A stretch of DNA of 64,000 bases from Polyangiales bacterium (lineage in GTDB: Bacteria; Myxococcota_A; Polyangia; Polyangiales; JADJQN01), in contig CAXNJO010000002.1 in the NCBI GenBank assembly GCA_964202905.1, forward strand, positions 672,001 to 736,000, read 5' to 3'. The position numbers were made by a program, and so were the translations under genes. The notes under the pieces were generated by a model. The model was not told the DNA's origin and ran no database searches. It was given only the letters and a program-made list of their open reading frames with translations. Shown one piece after another: positions 20,405 to 28,587 of this stretch. Every line of letters starts with the position of its first letter. Positions within the stretch are counted from its first letter, which is position 1.

Positions 20405-22282
20405 ATGATGACGGCAATGCTCACCGAAGAAGCGCACGCCGCAGGGGTCGCGGACAAAGTCCGCGGGCACGAAGAGGCCGCGCACGAGAAGCGCAACTGG
20501 GTGAGGCTCACCTACGACTGCAACAACCGCTGCGTGTTCTGCCTCGACTCCGACACGCACGATGGCGAGATGCGCGACCGCGAGGACGTGAAGCGCCAGA
20601 TCCTCGAGGGCCGCCGCAACGGGGCCGAGCGCCTGATCCTCTCGGGCGGCGAGCCGACGATGCACCCGGACTACGTCGCGTTCATCAAGCTCGGCGCGCT
20701 CGCCGGCTACAAGAAGGTCCAGACCGTCACGAACGGCCGGATGTTCATGTACGAGCCGTTCCTCAAGCGCTGCCTCGACGCGGGCCTCTCGGAGATCACG
20801 TTCAGCCTCCACGGCCCGAACGCGCGCATCCACGACGCGCTCGTCGGCGTGAAGGGCGCGTTCGACGAGGAGATGCGCGGCCTCGAGAACGTCTTCGCGG
20901 ACGGTCGCCCGATCGTCAACGTCGACATCGTCATCAACCGCGGGAACGTGAAGCAGCTCCCCGAGATGCTCCGCACCTTCTACGACAAGGGCGTGCGCGA
21001 GTTCGACCTGTTGCAGGTCGTGCCGTTCGGCCGCGCGTTCACCGAGGGACGCGACACGCTCTTCTACGACCTCGAGGCGATGCAGCCGTACCTGCGCGAG
21101 GCGCTCGAATTCTCACGACGCCCCGACGTGCACATCTGGATGAACCGCTTCCCGCCGAAGCACCTCGAGGGCTTCGAGCACCTCATCCAGGACCCGTACA
21201 AGCTCAACGACGAGGTGCGCGGCCGCAAAGAGGAGTTCGCGCGGCTGCTCGACGAGGGCGTCGCGCTCGATTGCCGCGACCCCGGACGCTGCCGCTACTG
21301 CTACCTCGAGCAGCTCTGCGACACGCTCGATCAGGTCCGCGCGACGGTCGCGGCCCAGCGCTTCGACGTCGTGCGCGTCGACACGGCGTGGGAGGCGCAG
21401 CAGGGCCCCGTCTTCGGCGGCGATCCCGCGAGCGCGCGGCGGGCACGCCACATGACGGACGATGCGGAGAGCCCCTCCGCAGGCACGAGCATCGCGGGCG
21501 ACGCGGAGGGCTCCCGGCGCGCGCTGCCCGAGCGCCGTCCCGATGGGCGCGTGGGTCTTCCACTCGCCGCGGGCCCGGCGCCGCGCACCGCCCCGACGCC
21601 GACCGAGCTCGTCGCCGCCGCGGGCGCCTCGACACTGCGCCTCGCCGCGCCGGACCTCGCGCGCGCGCTCGCGGAGCTGCCGCGCGTCCCGACGCCCGCA
21701 ACGCTCGAGCTCGAGCTCGACGACTACACGGGGCTCGCCGAGTCGCTCGCGGCGGACGGCACGCTCGAGGGCCGCAGCCTCGTCCGCGCGCGCGTGCACC
21801 GCAGCGCCGACGCGCGGGCGCTGCTCGCGCTGCCCTTCGACTTCGAGGTGCAGGTCGCGCTCACCGTCGAGACGACCGCGTGGCTGCGCACGCTCGCGGA
21901 CGCGCCGGCGCGCGTGTCGCTCGTGCAGCCGACGTACGAGCGCCTCACCGAGAGCCGCGAGAACGACGTCGATCTGCGCGCGTTCTTCGCGGAGTTCCCG
22001 TACGCCGTGCCCGTCGAGGGCGTGCCGGCGTGCGTCACCGGACGGGCCCCGCGCGACGAGCGCGCGACGCTGGACACCGCGATGATGGACGCCGCCGGGC
22101 GGCTCGAGATCTTCCGCTACACGCGGCGCTACATCCTCGCGCACTACCGCACGAAGTCGCTCCGCTGCGGCCCCTGCGCGCACTTCGCCCGCTGCGCGGG
22201 CATGCACGTCAACTACGTCCGCGCGCACGGCTACGAGCTGATGCAACCCATCACGACGACGACGGCCACCGACGCGGCGTGA
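20405..22282 (+). CDS. Radical SAM protein (HxsC-like) with long C-terminal extension
   Basis: CNNRCVFC, SGGEPT, TNGR, mid-protein CRYCYLEQLC, and terminal VPAC...CGPCAHFARCAG. Confidence 0.9.
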   Translation: MMTAMLTEEAHAAGVADKVRGHEEAAHEKRNWVRLTYDCNNRCVFCLDSDTHDGEMRDREDVKRQILEGRRNGAERLILSGGEPTMHPDYVAFIKLGALAGYKKVQTVTNGRMFMYEPFLKRCLDAGLSEITFSLHGPNARIHDALVGVKGAFDEEMRGLENVFADGRPIVNVDIVINRGNVKQLPEMLRTFYDKGVREFDLLQVVPFGRAFTEGRDTLFYDLEAMQPYLREALEFSRRPDVHIWMNRFPPKHLEGFEHLIQDPYKLNDEVRGRKEEFARLLDEGVALDCRDPGRCRYCYLEQLCDTLDQVRATVAAQRFDVVRVDTAWEAQQGPVFGGDPASARRARHMTDDAESPSAGTSIAGDAEGSRRALPERRPDGRVGLPLAAGPAPRTAPTPTELVAAAGASTLRLAAPDLARALAELPRVPTPATLELELDDYTGLAESLAADGTLEGRSLVRARVHRSADARALLALPFDFEVQVALTVETTAWLRTLADAPARVSLVQPTYERLTESRENDVDLRAFFAEFPYAVPVEGVPACVTGRAPRDERATLDTAMMDAAGRLEIFRYTRRYILAHYRTKSLRCGPCAHFARCAGMHVNYVRAHGYELMQPITTTTATDAA

Positions 22283-22391
22283 TCACGGCGCCGCGCCCGG
22301 CCCGCGTGCGGTCGCTGCGGATCGGCCGCGCACCGCGTCGCTGGCCGCGGCCGCGCGCCGCGCGATCCGCGACGCAGTTCGGCCACCGCGG

Positions 22392-23480
22392 TCAATACAC
22401 GCCGTTGGAGAGCTCGACGATGTAGCCCGCACACGCGAGCGGCGCGGACGGCTTGCGACGCACGCGCACGAAGTAGTCGGCGCTCTGATCGCCGCAGACG
22501 TTCGCCCCCGGGACCGGCGACGGCGCGCACGGGCACTCGCCCGTCGAGCCCGGGCCAGTGCCGGAGAGGAAATCCGTGAAGAACGAGAAGTCCTGATAGC
22601 CCGTGTCCGCGCAGCCCATCGGGAGCACGCCGCACCCGCCGCGGAACACGGTGAACTCGAACGCTGAATCGGGATTCATCAGGAACTGCACGCGCACGTG
22701 GAGCGCGTCGCAGCTCGTGTCTGCGGTGTCCACCCCGCGGAAGCGGTACCAGACCTCGCGCGCCGCCGGGAGGGCGTTGCCCGTGACCAGCTGCATCTGC
22801 CCCGTGTCGGCGAGCTCGCCGAGGTCCTGCGCACCGGCGCAATCCGCCGCGACTCCGTCGGCCGGGACCGCGGCGCACTCGCAGCCCGTGTCGGCGCGCG
22901 CGTCGAGATCGAACTGCCCCGGCGGACAACCGCACGCGCCCGAGAGGCAGATCCCCTCACCGGGCGCGCAGAGCACGGAGGGCGCGGCGTCGTCGGTGCC
23001 GCCGCTGCAGTCGTCGTCGAGCGCGTTGCAGACCTCCGGTCGCCCGGGCGCGATCGCGGGGTTCGTCTCGTCGCAGTCCGTCGCCGCGGTCACGCCGTCG
23101 CCGTCGATGTCGCGGTCCCGCGGCACGCAGTAGCGCGCGCGGCAGAGGTCGGCGGGGTCCGGGCAGCCGCCCGCCGGCGTGCAGGCGTCGTACGGCACGC
23201 ACGTCCCGCGCTCGCAGACCTCGAACCCCATGCAGACGACCCCGCGGCACGGATCCGCGGGTCCCATGTCCACCGGCGAGGCCGCGTCGTCTGCGGCGTC
23301 CCGCGACGCGTCGCGCGGCCCCCCTTCGGCCAACGCCATGTCGCGTGGCGCACCGCCCGCATCGCCGCCGTCCCCGGCGCCGCTCGCGCACGCCGCCAGG
23401 CCGGTGAGGGCCGCGACGAGCAGACCGAGGGCCCCTCGACGTGGGGACGAAGCCGCGGGGTGCAGTGCGCGTGTCCTCAT
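22392..23480 (-). CDS. Cys-rich lipoprotein with MopE-like putative metal-binding repeat
   Basis: Lipobox LAAC; DIDGDG...[24 protein letters not shown] motif. Confidence 0.85.
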   Translation of the reverse strand: MRTRALHPAASSPRRGALGLLVAALTGLAACASGAGDGGDAGGAPRDMALAEGGPRDASRDAADDAASPVDMGPADPCRGVVCMGFEVCERGTCVPYDACTPAGGCPDPADLCRARYCVPRDRDIDGDGVTAATDCDETNPAIAPGRPEVCNALDDDCSGGTDDAAPSVLCAPGEGICLSGACGCPPGQFDLDARADTGCECAAVPADGVAADCAGAQDLGELADTGQMQLVTGNALPAAREVWYRFRGVDTADTSCDALHVRVQFLMNPDSAFEFTVFRGGCGVLPMGCADTGYQDFSFFTDFLSGTGPGSTGECPCAPSPVPGANVCGDQSADYFVRVRRKPSAPLACAGYIVELSNGVY

Positions 23481-23562
23481 GCTGCCGACGATACCCCGCT
23501 GCGCGGAGCGCCGGCAAACATGTCACGTGGGAGTCGGAAGCCGTGCCCCGCTCCCGGACGGA

Positions 23563-23853
23563 TCACCAGCTGCCGTGCGAACCGTGCGAGCCGTGCGAGC
23601 CGTGCGAGCCGTGCGAGCCGTGCGAGCCGTGCGAGCCGTGCGAGCCGTGCGAGCCGTGCGAGCAGTGCTGCCCGCTTCGCTGCGCGTCGCCGGGATCACC
23701 CTTGCCCCCCTCGTCCGCCGCAGCGAGCGCGCGCGCCGAGACCTCGTGCTGGGTGTCGGAGAGGGTTCCCGTCACGTCGGCGCGGAAAGAAGGGAGGGAC
23801 TCGCCGTCCTCCGCCGAATCGTCGTCGTTGCCGTTGCGTCCGGGTCCTGCCAT
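23563..23853 (-). CDS. hxsA: His-Xaa-Ser repeat precursor peptide (HxsA-like)
   Basis: 96 aa with an acidic leader then HCS(HGS)10W; GGAG RBS 8 nt upstream of the ATG; directly downstream of hxsB on the same strand. Confidence 0.88.
   Translation of the reverse strand: MAGPGRNGNDDDSAEDGESLPSFRADVTGTLSDTQHEVSARALAAADEGGKGDPGDAQRSGQHCSHGSHGSHGSHGSHGSHGSHGSHGSHGSHGSW
23569..23667. repeat. 9-bp tandem repeat (CGAGCCGTG)n encoding 11 His-Xaa-Ser triplets
   Basis: Seen directly; variant units at the array ends keep H-x-S on the minus strand. Confidence 0.95.
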
Positions 23854-23928
23854 GTCGATGCTCCGCGAAGGTGGGGGGGCAATTGTAGGTCGAGCGAGGC
23901 CGCGCTGTCACGCGGTCGCGAAAATAAC

Positions 23929-25443
23929 TCAGGGCGCGGTGGCGGCGCCCTGCAGGAAGTGGTCGCGGCTGCGAACGGTCGTCCACCGCTGCAGCACCGC
24001 CATCGTCGCCGGGTCGCCCTCCGCGAGCTTGCCGAAGAGGTAGTCCTGGATGCCCTTGTGCACCGCGCACAAGGAGCTGAGGCGCATCGATCCCCAGATG
24101 TGGCCGAGCGCTTTGTGGCTGTGCACGGGCGCGACGCCGCAGTACGGGTTGTACGTGCAATCCACGCAGTCCGGCTGGCTGTCGCGCTGCGACGCGATCA
24201 CGAGGGCGCGCACCGTCGCGTGGCCCGTGATGTCGCGGTAACGGCTCGTGCGGACGTCGCCGAGGAGGAAGGTGTCGTCCCCGGTCTCGTGCAGCATGCG
24301 GCCCTCGTCGCACGTGAAGATGCGGCCGTCGTAGCTGTAGGCGAGCTGACCGATGCCCGCGCCGCCCGGGCTGCGGATGTCGAGGAAGTTCGGGTCCTCG
24401 CCCGCGAGGATCTTGGTGAGGAAGATCGCGGCGTAACGCTCGAGAATCTGCACGCCCTGCTGGTTCAGCTGGAGCATGTAGTCGGTCGCCTGCCGGTAGA
24501 AGTCGAGGTACTCGCTGCGCGGGTACTCGACGCGCGCGCCGGTCTTCTCGACGAAGCCGAACGGGTCGATCGGGCGCAGGAAGAGGGCCTTGCAGCCGAG
24601 GGCGACGTAGGTGTCGACGACCTCCTTCCAGCGGGGGAGCGTTTCGCGCGTCGTCGTGAGCAGCGCCTCGACGTGGTAGAGCGTCGGGTCGAGGCCCATC
24701 TCGGCGTAGGCCTCGTTGATCCGGGCGATCCAGCGCGTCGCGGCCTTGTGCGACGAGAGCCCCGGCAGCTTTCGCTGCTTGTCGTGCAGGTGCTCGGGGC
24801 CGTCGATGCTCGTGCAGATCTGCACCTTGTGCGCGAGCAGGAAGGCGAGCTTCTCCTCGTCCATCAGGGAGAGGTTCGAGACCATCGTGAACTCGAGCTG
24901 CTTGCCGACGTCTTCGTTCTTCTGCTTCGCGTAGGTGATCGCGTGCTTGACGACCTCGAAGTTCACGAGGGGCTCGCCGCCTTGGAACTCGATCGTGATC
25001 GACGGGCTGGTCGAGCGGAGGATGAAGTCGATCGCGCGCTCGGCCGTCTCGCGCGACATGTCCGTGTGCACGGCCTCCATGTCGGCACGCGACGCGTGGC
25101 AGTACACGCACGTCTCGTTGCAGCGGAGCGTGACGACGAGGATGTGGAGGTTCGGGCCGAGGTGGAGGAAGGACTTCCGCGCGCGCACGCGGGCGATGGC
25201 CTTCTGCACGTCGTACTCGGCGCGGACGAAGTTCGCGTCGCGGAGGCGCGCGTGAAGCGGCTCGTCCGCCTTCACCTCGCCGCGCGCGAAGCGGCCGAAC
25301 TCGTCGTCCGAGAGGAGCAGCCAGTTCCCCTCGAGGTTCGTGATCAGGATCTTCTCGCCGATGCGCCGATGCCGGAAAAACGCCGGATAGCGCGTGTCGA
25401 GGCGGGCGCCGGGGCCGACGAGCGCGCGGAGATCGACCGTCAC
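23929..25443 (-). CDS. hxsB: His-Xaa-Ser system radical SAM maturase HxsB
   Basis: [53 protein letters not shown] and [14 protein letters not shown] start overlaps the upstream TGA. Confidence 0.88.
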   Translation of the reverse strand: MTVDLRALVGPGARLDTRYPAFFRHRRIGEKILITNLEGNWLLLSDDEFGRFARGEVKADEPLHARLRDANFVRAEYDVQKAIARVRARKSFLHLGPNLHILVVTLRCNETCVYCHASRADMEAVHTDMSRETAERAIDFILRSTSPSITIEFQGGEPLVNFEVVKHAITYAKQKNEDVGKQLEFTMVSNLSLMDEEKLAFLLAHKVQICTSIDGPEHLHDKQRKLPGLSSHKAATRWIARINEAYAEMGLDPTLYHVEALLTTTRETLPRWKEVVDTYVALGCKALFLRPIDPFGFVEKTGARVEYPRSEYLDFYRQATDYMLQLNQQGVQILERYAAIFLTKILAGEDPNFLDIRSPGGAGIGQLAYSYDGRIFTCDEGRMLHETGDDTFLLGDVRTSRYRDITGHATVRALVIASQRDSQPDCVDCTYNPYCGVAPVHSHKALGHIWGSMRLSSLCAVHKGIQDYLFGKLAEGDPATMAVLQRWTTVRSRDHFLQGAATAP

Positions 25444-25661
25444 GACCGCCCCCCACGCTCGCGGATCGTCGTGCCGAGCGCGTAGTTGGCGAGCTCGCGC
25501 GCGATCTGCGTCGCGCGGGCCTCCGACTTCGCCGTCACGCGCACCACCCAGTGGGTCGGCTCCTCGCGCAGCTCGAACTCCGCGAAGCGCGCGTAGGTCT
25601 TCACGGCCGCGTCGACGGCCGTCCCCGCGTAGAGCTCGCGGTGCAGGCGCAGCTCGGTCAC
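25440..25661 (-). CDS. Short HxsD-like protein
   Basis: 73 aa; LY...AV..A...Y and ELANYAL resemble the adjacent HxsD; coupled by GTGA overlaps. Confidence 0.7.
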   Translation of the reverse strand: MTELRLHRELYAGTAVDAAVKTYARFAEFELREEPTHWVVRVTAKSEARATQIARELANYALGTTIRERGGRS

Positions 25662-26167
25662 GGCTCGCCCCCGGGCTCATCGCCGGACGGTGCGGCGGCG
25701 CCCTCGGCGGGCGCGACCTTCTTTTTGTACTTCTCTTCCCAGCTCATCGCGATGCCGAGCGGATCCTCGAAGGACTCGTCGCCGAAGTCGAACCCGGCGA
25801 GGTCGTCGAGCGAGGGCGCGCCCATGGCCGCGGAGATCGCCTGCGACGTGACCATCTCGATGACGGCGCGGTTGTCCTGCGCGATCTGCTGGCGCCACGC
25901 CGCCGAGAGGAGCTCGTTCGAGAACTCGCCCACGAACGCGCGCAGCACGGCTTCGTCCGCGCCCGCTTTGCGGGGCGCGAGCGTCACGCGGACCGTGTGC
26001 GCATCGGGCTTGTCGAGCAGCACGAAGCAGCGGTCGAGGAAGACGTACGCGGACGCGTAGACCGCTGACAGCGGGTAGAGCGTGAGGTCGACGCGGAGGT
26101 GCACCGCGCCGGACACGAGGTCGGCGGTGACGAGCTCCGAAGGGAGGGCTTCGAGGGGAGAGGACAT
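25658..26167 (-). CDS. hxsD: His-Xaa-Ser system protein HxsD
   Basis: LYPLSAVYASAYVFLDRCFV and GEFSNELL...RQQI...NRAVIE fit the HxsD pattern; located upstream of hxsB. Confidence 0.75.
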   Translation of the reverse strand: MSSPLEALPSELVTADLVSGAVHLRVDLTLYPLSAVYASAYVFLDRCFVLLDKPDAHTVRVTLAPRKAGADEAVLRAFVGEFSNELLSAAWRQQIAQDNRAVIEMVTSQAISAAMGAPSLDDLAGFDFGDESFEDPLGIAMSWEEKYKKKVAPAEGAAAPSGDEPGGEP

Positions 26168-26215
26168 GGGGATGGAACTCCAGGGCCGTGCGGATCGGCC
26201 CGACGACGGGCAGGG

Positions 26216-28534
26216 TCAGCGCGTGAGGGTGAGCTGGTATTGCGCGGCGCTCGTCCCGCTGGTGGTGCGGAAAACACGAACGTAGATGGGGCTAGGCCAG
26301 GTGACGTTGCGGCTCGACCACTGACGGACCCCGGGGATCGACTGGTCGTCGACGAACGCCCACTCTTGCAGGCTCGTGGCGGTGCCGCCGCTGCCGCAGC
26401 CGAGGGGCGCGGCGGGGCAGCCGCTGGTCACCTCGAAGCGGAACGCGGAGCCGTCGTTGCGCGTGAACCGGATGCGCGGCGTGCCGCCGCCGTTGGCGCC
26501 GAGGGGCGGGAAGGATGCGAAGAAGTAGTCGCTGGCGCCCACGCTCGCGATGCTGCCCGCGAGGGTGTTGACCGCGCCGCCGACGCTGATGGAGCCGAGG
26601 GAGGTCGCGGTGCCGCACGACGCGCCGTTGCCCTCGTCGACGACCTCGCAGCCGTTCGCGTAGGTGCCGTCGACGTCGACCGCGTTCGCGCTGCACGCGC
26701 CGATCGAGCACCCCGCGCCGCCGCCACAGACCGTGGACGACACATTCGCCGTGGCCGGACAGAGCGACGCGATGGGCGCGTTGTCCGTGACGCCGTCGCA
26801 GTTGTCGTCGACGCCGTTGCACGCCTCGAAGGCGCTCATGCCCGCCATGCACATCACCGGCACGCCCGCGCTGCACATCGCGACGCTGACGCTGCAGAGG
26901 CCGAGGCCGCAGGTCTGCGTGCCCGCGGGCGCATCGGTGCACGCGCCCGCCGTCATGCCGTTGCAGGTCCCGACCGTCGGGCTCTGACAGACGTCGTTGC
27001 AATCGATTTGCACTTCGGTCCCGGCCGGACGCGAGGGGCACAAGTCCGCGGGCGCGAGGCAGGCGCCGATCCCGTTGCAGGCCGCGAGGTCGCCATCGAC
27101 GGCCGCGCGACGCCGACAGGCGCCGAGGCCATCGAAGCCGCCGTAGTAGTCGGAGCACGAGAAGCCGGGGCACTCTCCGTCCGGATCGCGGCCGAGCGCG
27201 ACGGGCGTGCACGTCCCGCGCGTGTCCGGGAGGTCGCAGCGCTCGCACTGCCCCGAGCAGGCCGACGTGCAGCAGACGCCGTCCACGCAGGAATTGCCGT
27301 CCTGACAGTCCTGCACACGCGCGCATCCGCCGCCCGGCGGCCGGTCGAGCGCGCAGACGCCGAGCTCGCAGTGCGCGGACGCGACGCACTCGGCGTCGGC
27401 CACGCACGCGGTCGGGCACGTCGGCGCGGACTGGGCGACCTCGCCCGTGCAGTAGACGGGCAGGTAGAGCCCGCAATCGCGCGCGAGGACCGAGGGGACG
27501 CACGCCGAGTCGTCGGGGACACCCGCGATCACGACGCAGGAGTTCGACTCGCAGGCCGTGTCACCGCGCGTGCCCTGGCAGGTCGACGCGGAGTCGCACG
27601 CCGCGCCCGTGCCGCCGCCGCAGTCCATCGGCGTGCGGCAGCACTGGCCCGAGTCGCAGCAGTAGCCGTTGTCGCAGTGGCCGGACGCGCAGTCGGAGTC
27701 CTCGTCGCACGTGCCGCCGTTCGACTCGTCGTTGAGGCAGGTCATGCCGTCGCAGTGCGCGGCCGCGATGCAGCGCTCGTCGCCCGTGTTCGGGCCCGTC
27801 GAGGGGCAGTCGAGCGCGCAGCGGCTGCCGAGCCCGCCGCCGAGCTCGCAGCTGAACAGCCCGCACGACGTGAGCGTGCCGCTCGTGCACGCGGCGTCCA
27901 CGCACATCGCGCTGCGGATGTCCTCGTAGGTGCCGGGCATCGCGACGTTGGGCCGACACACGCCCGAGACGCAGTCCGTCATGGTCCCATCGGTCGTCCC
28001 GTCGCAGTCGTCGTCCGTGCCGTTGCAGCGCTCGGGCTCGCCGGGGTTCACGTCGGCGCTCGCGTCGTCGCAGTCGCGACCCATGCAACCGACGCCCTGA
28101 CCGTAGGCGTCACGGTCCTCGTCGACGCAACAGGTCGCGCCGAGCGGCGCGCAGACGTACTCGTCGACCTCGAGGGCCGAGCTCAGCGTGCAGCCGAAGT
28201 TGCCGGGGCAGGAGGGCAGATCGGGGATGCAGCCCGGCAGGCATGCACGACCGCCCGTCGCGAGCGCGGCGCAGAACGAACCGGGGTTGCAGTCACCGTT
28301 CGTCTCGCACGCCTCGCAGGTGCCGGCGCGCGTGGTCGGCCCCATGTCCACCCCGGCATCGGCGCCGAGATCCGCGCCGCCGTCCATCTCGCCGAGGTCG
28401 GCCATGCCACCGTCCGCCCCGCCGTCGCCGGGCCGCACCGGCGGCGCCGCATTGCTGGCGCACGCGCCGAGCGAGAGCAGCGCGGCCGAGAGCAGACCCC
28501 GCACGAGCGGTTTATTGAGGACGGGCATCCGCAT
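26216..28534 (-). CDS. Large Cys-rich lipoprotein with MopE-like repeats
   Basis: GGAGGAG RBS, lipobox LGAC, many Cys modules, DCDDASADVNPGEPERCNGTDDDCDG and EACNGVDDNCDG. Confidence 0.88.
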   Translation of the reverse strand: MRMPVLNKPLVRGLLSAALLSLGACASNAAPPVRPGDGGADGGMADLGEMDGGADLGADAGVDMGPTTRAGTCEACETNGDCNPGSFCAALATGGRACLPGCIPDLPSCPGNFGCTLSSALEVDEYVCAPLGATCCVDEDRDAYGQGVGCMGRDCDDASADVNPGEPERCNGTDDDCDGTTDGTMTDCVSGVCRPNVAMPGTYEDIRSAMCVDAACTSGTLTSCGLFSCELGGGLGSRCALDCPSTGPNTGDERCIAAAHCDGMTCLNDESNGGTCDEDSDCASGHCDNGYCCDSGQCCRTPMDCGGGTGAACDSASTCQGTRGDTACESNSCVVIAGVPDDSACVPSVLARDCGLYLPVYCTGEVAQSAPTCPTACVADAECVASAHCELGVCALDRPPGGGCARVQDCQDGNSCVDGVCCTSACSGQCERCDLPDTRGTCTPVALGRDPDGECPGFSCSDYYGGFDGLGACRRRAAVDGDLAACNGIGACLAPADLCPSRPAGTEVQIDCNDVCQSPTVGTCNGMTAGACTDAPAGTQTCGLGLCSVSVAMCSAGVPVMCMAGMSAFEACNGVDDNCDGVTDNAPIASLCPATANVSSTVCGGGAGCSIGACSANAVDVDGTYANGCEVVDEGNGASCGTATSLGSISVGGAVNTLAGSIASVGASDYFFASFPPLGANGGGTPRIRFTRNDGSAFRFEVTSGCPAAPLGCGSGGTATSLQEWAFVDDQSIPGVRQWSSRNVTWPSPIYVRVFRTTSGTSAAQYQLTLTR

Positions 28535-28587
28535 CGGCTCCTCCGCTTTCGAGACTTCGTCGATTAACGTAACAGTCCGCGCGCGCG

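Noticed and set aside
23569..23667. Tandem repeat as a CRISPR array
   Set aside because: The units are 9 bp with no spacers and no cas genes; it is a coding repeat.
23441..24043. Plus-strand ORF with (CEP)n resembling a metallothionein, and the (RAV)n frame
   Set aside because: These are antisense shadows of the HxS repeat. The minus-strand HGS frame has an RBS, fits the hxsB context, and variant units preserve H-x-S.
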